DNA of 46,717 nt from Nanobdellota archaeon. GTDB taxonomy: Archaea; Nanobdellota; Nanobdellia; SCGC-AAA011-G17; GW2011-AR18. The stretch's first letter is position 1, and the number at the start of each line of letters is the position of its first letter. Below the pieces are notes generated by a model. That model searched no databases, was not told the origin of the DNA, and worked only from the letters and a program-made list of their open reading frames with translations. Of the stretch, positions 8,829 to 18,032 are shown in pieces. The position numbers and the translations under genes are program-made. The stretch covers positions 1 through 46,717 of the forward strand of contig JBBSWW010000010.1 of the NCBI GenBank assembly GCA_038046085.1, in the 5' to 3' direction.

Positions 8829-9397
8829 AATCTTAAAACATAACCGTAAGGTGATTCAGAATTACCAGAAACAATAACTTTCTTATTTCTTAAAGGATAA
8901 GCATGATATAAACTTAAAACTTTAGAAGCTTTCTTAATAGAATTAAGATCATAACCAGAAACAACTAATACAGATGTTCTTTCATTATTGAATAACTGTA
9001 AAAGACCTTCACCTGATCTAAGACCTAATGAACAATCCTTAGACTGAGTGTAATAAGATATCAGTGAGTTAGTACAAGAGTCACCAATCAAGATAAGATT
9101 ATGTTCACCCTGAGGAATATCTGAAACAGTAACAATCTTAGGTTCAAATGTATCAGAAAGTTTTATACTGTTAATAATATTATTAGCTGCATCAAATTCA
9201 GCAATAGTATAACTATTAGGAAGAACAATATATAATGAATTATAATTATTATTCTTGATAAAAGGATAAGGATAATTAGCTAAAGTAATCTTATCACCTG
9301 TGTAAACAACATTACCAGTATAGAAACTACCAAAAGTAGATATAAAAACAAGAGCTAAAACTAAAAACACCCCAAAAAGAATATGCCTATCTTCCAT
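8825..9397 (-). CDS. Small secreted or membrane-anchored protein with S-layer C-terminal-like domain
   Basis: N-terminal hydrophobic segment then TGNVV; NLILIGDSCTNSL..GEGLLQLF..VLVVSGY..IKKASKVL resembles the S_layer_C pattern. Confidence 0.65.
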   Translation of the reverse strand: MEDRHILFGVFLVLALVFISTFGSFYTGNVVYTGDKITLANYPYPFIKNNNYNSLYIVLPNSYTIAEFDAANNIINSIKLSDTFEPKIVTVSDIPQGEHNLILIGDSCTNSLISYYTQSKDCSLGLRSGEGLLQLFNNERTSVLVVSGYDLNSIKKASKVLSLYHAYPLRNKKVIVSGNSESPYGYVLRF

Positions 9398-9535
9398 AAT
9401 ATCTATATCAGGATGAAATTGTTATATAAATGTTACGTTCCTGTTGAAAAAGTCTTTTAGTGAATCTGAATATTATCTTGAAACCAATTGAATATTATCA
9501 AAAGTTTAATTAATCTATAATAATGAGTTTATTTA

Positions 9536-10939
9536 ATGATATTGAATCTTTTTAAAAAAGCAGGTATAATACCCCAGATTCTTATTAGTATTAAAAAAAT
9601 TGGTTATTTCCCTGAAAAAGATGAAGAGAAACTTATATGGGTATCTACAAAATATAATGAACTATTCTTTGATGATTTCCACCCAAGTAGTTATAGCATT
9701 TTAGTCATTACATTAACTAAATATTTTAGTACACTTTATATTAAAAATGAAGAACAAAAAGAAAGATGTACAGCAATACTAAAAAATATAAATAATATCA
9801 AAGAGATATTGCCTGTTATGTTTCACCAAATACAAATTGATCAAGTTGAATTAAATATTCATGAATTAAACAATACCCTAAGACAACTATCTATCTTATT
9901 AGAAGAAGAACACATTTTTGAAGAAAATAATTACAAAACCGATAAAAAAATTGCATTACAAGTTATCAATGAACTTCCTGAAGTAATAAAAAAAGATTTA
10001 AAAGAGATTATTAAAACAAAAAGTTTAGGTAAATTATATACATTAATAACTGCTAACTTAAGAACTAAAGTTCCAAAGTATAAAACATTAGAAAACCTAA
10101 ATTTAGATTATTTATGCATAGTGCTAGAATTCATTTTAGAACATTTTTCTCATATATTTCAAGATAGAGAATCTTTACATAGTGTTCTGAGAGTTTCCAT
10201 AACAAGCGAATTAGTTATGATAATAGCAAATTTTAGATGTACATTAATTATACCAAGATTTACAATATGGTTATCATCACCAACAACTGATGAAGTTCTA
10301 AGACATGCATTAGCTGAATCTTTAATTGAACTTGGTTCAAGAAAAGAAATAATCCCAATATTAAGACAGTACAACCAGAGTTATAGAATAGCAGATATAT
10401 TATCATCTTTATCAACAGAAACTAGAGATCAAAGATTATATTCGGGAGTTGATGATGAAAAATTCTGGGATCAAAAAAGAAATATTGTGAGGAAAGACTT
10501 TAATAAAACAGGATCAGAAACAATATTGCTTGGAGGAAAACTAGCTGGAAAAGTAATAATCAGAGTAGTAAGTGAAAGAGCACTTCTTACATGGAAAAAA
10601 GCATTAGAATCAGAGATATGGAAAAAAGAAGGTTTTGATTATATACCAATAGAACCAATATTAACAAAAAATGGAAAGTTAAGAGCATATAAAACAGTAT
10701 ATGGCGAATACAGAGTCTATACTAAAGTATTAGGTCCGAACTTGGTAAGCTTTCTAACAAATCCAGAAAACCGAAAATATTCTAAAGAACTATATATTCT
10801 AAGAGGAAAAATAATAAGAGCACTTGAAGAAATAGAAATAAGCCACGGACATGATCATGAATTCAATTTCTGCATATCAAAAGAAGATGATGAGATAAAA
10901 CTCTATATGATAGACTTTGATCAATCAATAAGCAAATAA
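9536..10939 (+). CDS. Helical protein with C-terminal atypical protein-kinase-like domain
   Basis: HGHDHEFNF followed by LYMIDFD resembles the HGDxHxxN catalytic loop and DFG; HEAT-like segment DEVLRHALAESLIELG. Confidence 0.6.
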   Translation: MILNLFKKAGIIPQILISIKKIGYFPEKDEEKLIWVSTKYNELFFDDFHPSSYSILVITLTKYFSTLYIKNEEQKERCTAILKNINNIKEILPVMFHQIQIDQVELNIHELNNTLRQLSILLEEEHIFEENNYKTDKKIALQVINELPEVIKKDLKEIIKTKSLGKLYTLITANLRTKVPKYKTLENLNLDYLCIVLEFILEHFSHIFQDRESLHSVLRVSITSELVMIIANFRCTLIIPRFTIWLSSPTTDEVLRHALAESLIELGSRKEIIPILRQYNQSYRIADILSSLSTETRDQRLYSGVDDEKFWDQKRNIVRKDFNKTGSETILLGGKLAGKVIIRVVSERALLTWKKALESEIWKKEGFDYIPIEPILTKNGKLRAYKTVYGEYRVYTKVLGPNLVSFLTNPENRKYSKELYILRGKIIRALEEIEISHGHDHEFNFCISKEDDEIKLYMIDFDQSISK

Positions 10940-10981
10940 TTAAATCATATATAAAAAAAAGTAAATTAAAAAAGAAAATAT

Positions 10982-11821
10982 TTATTGTGCTGTTCCGTTA
11001 GAATCCTTAAACTTCTTATGAGAAGGTTCGAAATCTTTCCAAGCAAGGTCAAACATATTCTCCAAAGCACCTGCAAAGAAAGGGGTATTAACCCAGACAC
11101 CTACATCATAAGTTGGATGGACATCATCATCATGCATCAACATGAATAATAAATCCTTACCATCAACAACACAGAAACGTGCATTCATATTGCCTGAATC
11201 CTTAACTTCTGCAACATTCTTAAGTTCCTTAATATGATTAGCTGCATCCTTAGATAATGGAGCTGCAATCCTGATGTTAACACCTTTCTTGTTAAGTTTC
11301 TGGAACAAAGGCTTCAAAGCTTCTGCTTTCCTGATGAAACCTTTAGAAGTTGTGCAGATAGTAACAGATTTTTCAGCATTCTTAACCATACTCTCTAACT
11401 GAGTGTACAGGTTATGCTTTCCTCTGATAGCACCTGAAAGATCTGTAGCATCAACAAATTCAATACCTTGCTTATGTAAAGTATCTAATTCCTTAAGAAC
11501 TTCAGAATTGTTAAGTTCTTTTAACTTAGTAATGTTATCATCAGCTTCTTCCTGAATCAGTTTCTTAACTCTTTCAACAACTTCAGTAGGTTCAACTGCT
11601 ATATACTTGATAGGCTTACCTAATTTCATAACAACAAAACCTTTCTTCTCTAAAGTTTCAAGAACATCATAAGCTCTAGATCTCGGAACATGTCCAATAT
11701 TAGATAATTCACCTGCAGTTGAGACTCCTCTGGATAATAATGCAGTCCAAATTCTTACTTCATATAAATTTAAATTAAAGTATCTCCTTAACTTGCTTAA
11801 AAGCTCTTCTTTGACAATCAT
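10982..11821 (-). CDS. TrmB-family transcriptional regulator
   Basis: LNLYEVRIWTALL..TAGELSNIGHVPRSRAYDVLETLEKKGFV HTH and C-terminal effector domain; ATG 11821 follows GGGAGG. Confidence 0.9.
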   Translation of the reverse strand: MIVKEELLSKLRRYFNLNLYEVRIWTALLSRGVSTAGELSNIGHVPRSRAYDVLETLEKKGFVVMKLGKPIKYIAVEPTEVVERVKKLIQEEADDNITKLKELNNSEVLKELDTLHKQGIEFVDATDLSGAIRGKHNLYTQLESMVKNAEKSVTICTTSKGFIRKAEALKPLFQKLNKKGVNIRIAAPLSKDAANHIKELKNVAEVKDSGNMNARFCVVDGKDLLFMLMHDDDVHPTYDVGVWVNTPFFAGALENMFDLAWKDFEPSHKKFKDSNGTAQ

Positions 11822-11948
11822 CAAAAACCCTCCCAGGTTCACCCTCTTTTTTTAATCACAGGTGTTTTATACATTCAATAGTGATAAAACTAATATTTAA
11901 ATGTTGTTGTAAAAAAAATCACTAGAGACTAGGTTATTGGTGACAAGA

Positions 11949-13742
11949 TTATTTATTTCTTCCTCTTTGTGCATCATAAGTTATCTTTATTTCATCAATA
12001 AAATTGATATCTGAAACTTTTTTGTCTATACGTAATGAAATAATTCTTGGAAATCTGAGAGAAAACCCTGAAGAGGAATCATTACTAGCTTGAATTTCTT
12101 CAAAAGCAACTTCAATAATAACTTGTGGCTTAACATTTACTGTTTTTCCTTCTGTTGAAATAATTAAAGGTTTCAATAAATTAGTAATTTCTTCAAAAGT
12201 TGTACCTTCCTCTTCTTTTTCCTTTAATCCGCTGCCAACTTTACCAATCTCCAAAAGATTTCCACTACTATCTTGACAGGCAACAGTAAAAGAAGTAAAC
12301 CAACCAGTTCTTTTACCTTCACCATGATCTGCTTTAACAATAACTAGATCCAAAGTATCTAAAATAGGTTTAATCTTAACACCATAACCAACTCTTGAAC
12401 CTGGTTTATACTCTCCAGATAAATTCTTAGCCATAATACCTTCATTGCCTAAAGATAAAGATTCTTCATAGAATTTCTTAGCTGTATCAATATCATCAGT
12501 GACTACTTGCTTAGCTGGCTGAATCTTTTCAGGGATATTAGGAACAATCTTTTCAATCATATTACGTCTTCTAACAAAAGGAGCACTAATCAAAGATTCA
12601 TTATTCAAAGAGATAATATCAAAAACATTAACCATAACAGGAACTTCCTTGACTAATTTCTCAATATCATATTTTCTCTTAATCCTTTGAGAGATATTCT
12701 GGAAAGACAACCATTTATGAGAAACAGGATCAATACCAATAATCTCAGCATCTAAAATAAAATTATCACCTTTAACAGTTTTTTTTATTAAATCAACAAC
12801 ATCAGGAAATTGTTTAGTAACGTTCTCTAATCTTCTAGTGTATAATAATATTTTACCATTATTGTTATGAATTTGTAACCTAAAACCATCATATTTGTAT
12901 TCTAAAGCTAAAGGTTTGCCTACTGTTTCAAAAGCTTCCTCAACTGACTTAACTTTCTGATAAAGCATTACATTTATAGGTTTACCAGCTTTTAGAGTGA
13001 TCTTTTCTAAAGCATTTATACCCTGTTCCTTAATTATTTTAAAAACTTCAGCAAAATCATTAGTTAAATCATAACCATGCTGCACTTTATCAACAAACAA
13101 ATCATATTCTTTACGATTATTATCAGGTAATTTGAATTCATTATTAGATTGTTCATAAGATAATCTTAGTTTATCAGAAAAGAAACACCAAACTATTGCA
13201 TCTCTTAAAGTACTATCTGCAGCACCAGTACGCATCTGTTCTAGAATTAGTCTAACAATAAACTTAGCTTCTAAAGGAGTAGCTGAAGTAAGTAATTCAC
13301 TGATTAACCCAACTTTTTTATTAACAGTACCATCACCTTCCAAATCAGCTAAATCTCTAATATTATTATAAACTAAATCAACAGTAAGCCTTACATTTTG
13401 TAAAGTAACTTGTTTCTTATTTTTAATAAGTTCAAAAGCAACTTCACCAAGATCACCTAATTTAGAGAATAAGTTAACAACAGTTTCTTTAGAATTACCA
13501 GTAGAAGTCTCTAGAGCTTTCATGACAATCTTATCTGAAACACCAATCTTTCTTTCATCCCAAGCTGGAAATACTTTGCCTCTTATTAGGTTAATAAAAA
13601 GTTCAGGATCATTCTCTTTAACAATATCCTTAAGAAGTTTAGTGATGATAAAAGTTTTTTCCAACCTTTTAGAGGTTTTTTCAAGCTCCTCAAAATATTC
13701 AGCAAGCTTTAGATAATCCATTAAAGAAATTGATTCTGTCAT
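11949..13742 (-). CDS. lig: ATP-dependent DNA ligase
   Basis: EYKYDGFRLQIH, LDAEI, EGIMAK, LDLVIV, SLRFPR motifs; true start may be ATG 13721 (MDYLKL). Confidence 0.97.
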   Translation of the reverse strand: MTESISLMDYLKLAEYFEELEKTSKRLEKTFIITKLLKDIVKENDPELFINLIRGKVFPAWDERKIGVSDKIVMKALETSTGNSKETVVNLFSKLGDLGEVAFELIKNKKQVTLQNVRLTVDLVYNNIRDLADLEGDGTVNKKVGLISELLTSATPLEAKFIVRLILEQMRTGAADSTLRDAIVWCFFSDKLRLSYEQSNNEFKLPDNNRKEYDLFVDKVQHGYDLTNDFAEVFKIIKEQGINALEKITLKAGKPINVMLYQKVKSVEEAFETVGKPLALEYKYDGFRLQIHNNNGKILLYTRRLENVTKQFPDVVDLIKKTVKGDNFILDAEIIGIDPVSHKWLSFQNISQRIKRKYDIEKLVKEVPVMVNVFDIISLNNESLISAPFVRRRNMIEKIVPNIPEKIQPAKQVVTDDIDTAKKFYEESLSLGNEGIMAKNLSGEYKPGSRVGYGVKIKPILDTLDLVIVKADHGEGKRTGWFTSFTVACQDSSGNLLEIGKVGSGLKEKEEEGTTFEEITNLLKPLIISTEGKTVNVKPQVIIEVAFEEIQASNDSSSGFSLRFPRIISLRIDKKVSDINFIDEIKITYDAQRGRNK

Positions 13743-13946
13743 AGGATAAAAAGATTGCGGTAATCAAAGGAAAATAATATAAATAAGTAAAAAAATAATA
13801 ATTTAGGAGAAAAATTCTGACTATTTTCAAGAAATTCTATCATAGAGGGACAATTAGTACTAAAATAATCATAACTAACAAGAAGTATATTATTAAGGAA
13901 AATTATATTTATAAATAGAAACCTGTAGTATTATAATATAAATTTA

Positions 13947-14092
13947 AGTTCAATTCATTAATGTTTTATTGGCGTAAAACATTTGGGCAATTGAAATGAA
14001 CTCTTTTTGGGCATGGTTAGTTAGACCAATATTAAATCCATTCAAACTTTGGCGAGTTAAAATGAATTCTAAGAGTAGATAGTGTGAACTAT
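13947..14092 (+). ncRNA. Candidate structured RNA or long 5' leader upstream of ftsZ
   Basis: Nested stems 13949-55/13989-95 and 13960-68/13975-83 (loop TTGGCG); 14000-05/14071-76; TGGT/ACCA hairpin; 14045-48/14055-58 (loop TTGGCG); ATAGT-GTGA-ACTAT GNRA hairpin; TATA-like boxes near 13908 and 13931. Confidence 0.45.
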
Positions 14093-14170
14093 ATTAAATA
14101 CTTTATGGTAGTCGAGCACATACTACTAAAATAGTACAAGGAAAAAAGAGGAGAATCGGGGGAGAAAAAA

Positions 14171-15268
14171 ATGGAGTTTATTATACAAAGCGCATTGGAA
14201 AGTGCACAAAACAACATAAATGAAGACTTAAATATAGGGCATGCTAATATCAAGGTATTTGGTTGTGGTGGTGGCGGAAGCAACATGACAACATGGTTAT
14301 ACAAGAAAGGAGTAAAAGGAGCTGAAATTATTGCTGCTAATACTGATAAACAACACTTAGATATGATGAGTGCTGACAAAAAAATCCTAATCGGAAGAGA
14401 TCTTACAAGAGGACTTGGAGCAGGCGGATATGCTAATGTTGGTATGGAAGCTGCTAAAGAACAATTAGCAGAAATCAAAGATTCATTAAAGAATGCTGAT
14501 ATGGTATTCATCTGCGCTGGAATGGGTGGAGGAACAGGAACAGGTTCAGCACCAGTAGTGGCACAAGCTGCAAGAGATACTGGAGCAATAGTAATTGGAA
14601 CAGTAACAACACCTTTCACAATTGAGAGAGCAAGAGTAGACAAAGCAGAATTCGGATTACAACAATTAAGAAATGTATCAGATACTGTAATTGTAATTGA
14701 CAACAACAGGTTAGTACAGATTGCTGGAAATTTACCAGTACAACAAGCATTCGCAGTAGCAAACGAGTTAGTTGCAACAATGATAAAAGGAATAGTAGAG
14801 ATCATTGCAGTACCTAGCCTAGTAAACTTGGACTACGCAGATGTAAAAGCTATCATGACAAATGGTGGAGTATCTGTAGTTGGAGTTGGAGAGTCTGATG
14901 GTGAGAGAAGAGTTGAAGAAGCAACAAAAAGAGCTTTGACAAATCCTTTATTAGATGTATCATACAAGGGAGCAACAGGAGCATTAATCCATGTAACTGG
15001 CGGACCTGATATGACATTAGATGAAGTAAACAGATGCGGTGAGTTAGTAACTGAATCATTAGATGCTGACGCAAACTGTATCTGGGGTGCAAGAGTAGAG
15101 GATGCAATGAAAGGAAAAGTAAGAGTCATGACCATCATCACTGGAGTACAAAGCCCATATGTTCTAGGAAAAGGAGCATCACCACAGAATGCTAGCCAGA
15201 GAATGGAAAAGTCCAGAACAATGAGCAGAGAACTAGGAATAGATGTAGTACACGGAAAGTATTACTAA
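14171..15268 (+). CDS. ftsZ: Cell division protein FtsZ (archaeal FtsZ2-type)
   Basis: GCGGGGSN, NTDKQHL, GMGGGTGTG tubulin signature, DNNRL, NLDYAD; GGGGGAG upstream. Confidence 0.97.
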   Translation: MEFIIQSALESAQNNINEDLNIGHANIKVFGCGGGGSNMTTWLYKKGVKGAEIIAANTDKQHLDMMSADKKILIGRDLTRGLGAGGYANVGMEAAKEQLAEIKDSLKNADMVFICAGMGGGTGTGSAPVVAQAARDTGAIVIGTVTTPFTIERARVDKAEFGLQQLRNVSDTVIVIDNNRLVQIAGNLPVQQAFAVANELVATMIKGIVEIIAVPSLVNLDYADVKAIMTNGGVSVVGVGESDGERRVEEATKRALTNPLLDVSYKGATGALIHVTGGPDMTLDEVNRCGELVTESLDADANCIWGARVEDAMKGKVRVMTIITGVQSPYVLGKGASPQNASQRMEKSRTMSRELGIDVVHGKYY

Positions 15269-15276
15269 CTTCATGC

Positions 15277-15380
15277 TTTTAGGGCAAATGTGTAGAATTC
15301 TTCTACCCCCTCAAACGCCCTAAAAAACCCTATAATGGCTGGGACGAAACAAAATAGTTCCAGCCTTTATTTATTTTTTT
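15277..15380 (+). terminator. Two stem-loops and T-tract downstream of ftsZ
   Basis: TTTTAGGGC/GCCCTAAAA (15277-85/15317-25) enclosing GTAGAA-TTC-TTCTAC; GGCTGGGAC/GTTCCAGCC (15337-45/15357-65) followed by TTTATTTATTTTTTT. Confidence 0.6.
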
Positions 15381-16662
15381 ATTGAATATAAACTAATTTT
15401 TGACTTCTACCTTCTCCTTCTATTTTAAATTTTCCAGGATAGATATCAGATATTGCTTTTAAGTGCGAATTATCATATAATTTTTTTATTAAATGTCTTA
15501 CTGTGCTTCCTTCAAAATCCCTAGCTCTTACATTAATTAATTGTTCTTCACTCAAATCTAACATCTCTTCTAAATACCACTTTATTGCTTCTTTACTTTT
15601 TTCTATAGCATCTTTTCTTTTCCAAAATTCTTTAGGAAGTCTATAAAACTCCCATGGTTTGAATTGAGAATAAGCATCACCTAATGCCTCAACAGCACAA
15701 CCCCTATAAGATATTATCAACATTGGATTTAATGACGCTCTAATAAAATCTTCTCTAGTTACTTTAATTGCTTGTTCTGTCCTTAATCCTAAATGTTCTT
15801 CAACAAGCCATCTAGTAGCAGTCCTAGCATTATCTCTTCCTTTATCTCCAGCCCAATAAGATCTTGGAACTTTTGAAAACTCCCAATGTTTAAAACTATT
15901 AGGATAAACATCAAGAACAGCTTTTACAGGAGAATCATCATAAACAGTTCTCAGCATATGAGCTAAACCTCTTTCTTCAAAATCATAACTTGTTAAAATA
16001 TTAGCCTTATCTGCAGGCATTCCTAATTCTCTCTCAAGCAAAAATCTTGTAATAATGCGAGCATTTCTACTATTATCCTTAAAGAACCTACGAGGAAAAG
16101 TTGATAATCCCAATCTTACATCTTGATATGTTTCTATAACACTCTTTTCAAGAGCAGAATCCATATCCAATTGAAAAACAGAACTATGTTCTAAAGGATG
16201 AAATTTCATAACTAACCTTAACTGTCCAATTATCATATCAAGATTCTTACGAACATAATCAACAGTCAAGTTAGATATCAATGAAGAACTACCATTATTA
16301 ACAAGATGAGTAAGATAAAACGTTTCTTCAGCAGAAAGATGTTCAGAAAGAAAAACTAAAGCTTGATGATTATCACTACCTAATTGGCGTTCTCCATCCT
16401 CGTTATTATTGGAAGAATTCCTTAACTCTAAACGTTTAGATAAAGAATCAATAGAGATAGCATTAACTAAAGCATCCCTAACAGGAAAATATCTAGAAAT
16501 AACATCAGTAGTAATTCCATAAACTTCATGTTCTGCAACACCACCAACATTATCAACCCTATTTTTAACACGAACCCTTGAAATGTCACGAGCTCTAACA
16601 AACTTATCATCAGGAACATCAGAAAAATTTAAAATCAAATCGACAAAATCAAACCTATCCAT
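15379..16662 (-). CDS. Repeat protein with about three DUF4046-like units in the C-terminal half
   Basis: Repeated unit P..[FY]W....NA..A..WL.EE.L.L......F....L..ML...Y.......A..D.YP..FK.WEF. Confidence 0.65.
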   Translation of the reverse strand: MDRFDFVDLILNFSDVPDDKFVRARDISRVRVKNRVDNVGGVAEHEVYGITTDVISRYFPVRDALVNAISIDSLSKRLELRNSSNNNEDGERQLGSDNHQALVFLSEHLSAEETFYLTHLVNNGSSSLISNLTVDYVRKNLDMIIGQLRLVMKFHPLEHSSVFQLDMDSALEKSVIETYQDVRLGLSTFPRRFFKDNSRNARIITRFLLERELGMPADKANILTSYDFEERGLAHMLRTVYDDSPVKAVLDVYPNSFKHWEFSKVPRSYWAGDKGRDNARTATRWLVEEHLGLRTEQAIKVTREDFIRASLNPMLIISYRGCAVEALGDAYSQFKPWEFYRLPKEFWKRKDAIEKSKEAIKWYLEEMLDLSEEQLINVRARDFEGSTVRHLIKKLYDNSHLKAISDIYPGKFKIEGEGRSQKLVYIQ

Positions 16663-16697
16663 AAAAATAGATTATAAAATATATTTATAAGATTAAC

Positions 16698-17327
16698 TCA
16701 CTTCTTCTTAACAAAACTTTCATGGATCTTATCCTTAAGTTTTTCAACATGATGAGTAATATGTTTAGACATAGGGAAAGCACTCCTAGAATTGTCCATC
16801 CTATTACCCCAAGAGCCATAGAAAACAAAGTTATCAAGAGGTTCACGACCAATAGATTCTTCTTCAACTTTAGAATAGCCTAAACAAACAATAGCCTGAG
16901 GTCTTGCATCACCTGGAATACCTAAAATCCTAGATAATTCAATTTCATCAAAAGTACCAACCCAACAACTAGATAATCCTAAGTCATGAGCTTTTAATAA
17001 TAAGTTCTGAATAGCTGCAGAAACACCCTGAATAGAATAAAGAGCTTCACCACGGGAACCATAAAATTTAGTAATCTTATTCATATCAGAACATACAACA
17101 ACAAGAACAGGAGCAGAAATCATCCAATCATTATCATCACATAATTTCACTATTTGAGATCTTAAAGACTTATCAGAGATAACAATAAACTTCCAATTCT
17201 GGGAATTACCAGCAGAAGGAGCATATCTTGCAGCATTCAAACATTCAGAAACTAATTTATGATCAACATCATTAGACTTGAAAGACCTGACAGATTTCCT
17301 ACCAATAATACACTTATCTAATTCCAT
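16698..17327 (-). CDS. Nitroreductase-family protein
   Basis: RKSVRSF, APSAGNSQNWKFIV, QNLLLKAHDLGLSSCWVG. Confidence 0.92.
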   Translation of the reverse strand: MELDKCIIGRKSVRSFKSNDVDHKLVSECLNAARYAPSAGNSQNWKFIVISDKSLRSQIVKLCDDNDWMISAPVLVVVCSDMNKITKFYGSRGEALYSIQGVSAAIQNLLLKAHDLGLSSCWVGTFDEIELSRILGIPGDARPQAIVCLGYSKVEEESIGREPLDNFVFYGSWGNRMDNSRSAFPMSKHITHHVEKLKDKIHESFVKKK

Positions 17328-17400
17328 AACTATATTTTTGAATAATTTTAAATATAAATATATCGATTAATTAATAAATTGTTACCTACTATAAAGAATA

Positions 17401-18000
17401 ATGAAAAAGTGGGTACATAATATAGAATTAATAGTAGACAAATTAATACCATTCTTACTAATAATATTAACAGCAATAATAGTACTAGAACTAACAGCAC
17501 ATGAACTAGCAGAAAAATACCATACCTACATACAGATATTTGATTATTTATTGATAACAACATTCGTAATAGACTTAGGATTCAAGTATCACAGAATAAG
17601 AAACATACCACAATTCATAAAAGAGTGCTGGCTGGATATAATAGCAATATTCCCATTTTTTATAGTATTCAGGTTCTTTGAGGGATTACTAGGGATATTA
17701 GGAATAAGCGAGGCAACAGCACAAGCACAAAAAGTATTACATGTAGGAGTAGGGGTAGAGAAAGAACTAGCAGCAACTGTAAAAGAGGGATCAAGAGTAG
17801 CAGAAGAACTAAGCAGAGCAGAAAAACTAACAAAATATCTAAGAGCAGGAGCAAGAAGTTTAAGATTATTAAAATTAAAAGATAAAAAAGTAAGAAGAGG
17901 AGTTGAAAAAGAACTAACAAGCGGAGAGGAAATAATCCTAGGAACAGTATTCTATGAGAAACCAGGAATAATGAAAAAACACCTAATATTAAAAAAGTAG
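17401..18000 (+). CDS. Stand-alone voltage-sensor-like (Ion_trans S1-S4) membrane protein lacking a pore domain
   Basis: S1, S2 (FDYLLITTFVIDLGFKY), S3 (FIKECWLDIIAIFPF), S4-like LRAGARSLRLLKLK; no pore helix or TxGYG filter. Confidence 0.7.
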   Translation: MKKWVHNIELIVDKLIPFLLIILTAIIVLELTAHELAEKYHTYIQIFDYLLITTFVIDLGFKYHRIRNIPQFIKECWLDIIAIFPFFIVFRFFEGLLGILGISEATAQAQKVLHVGVGVEKELAATVKEGSRVAEELSRAEKLTKYLRAGARSLRLLKLKDKKVRRGVEKELTSGEEIILGTVFYEKPGIMKKHLILKK

Positions 18001-18032
18001 ATTTTATAAACAAAAAATAAGGTATAAATAAC

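Noticed and set aside
11857-11944. ATCAC/GTGAT half-sites around the TrmB promoter
   Set aside because: Spacing does not match the TATCAC-N5-GTGATA motif and is inconsistent between pairs
15292-15306. GTAGAATTCTTCTAC resembling a Cas12a repeat stem
   Set aside because: Single copy, arms in reverse order, no spacers and no cas genes
15337-15365. Possible archaeal SECIS element
   Set aside because: ftsZ has no in-frame TGA and the stem lacks the SECIS internal-loop layout
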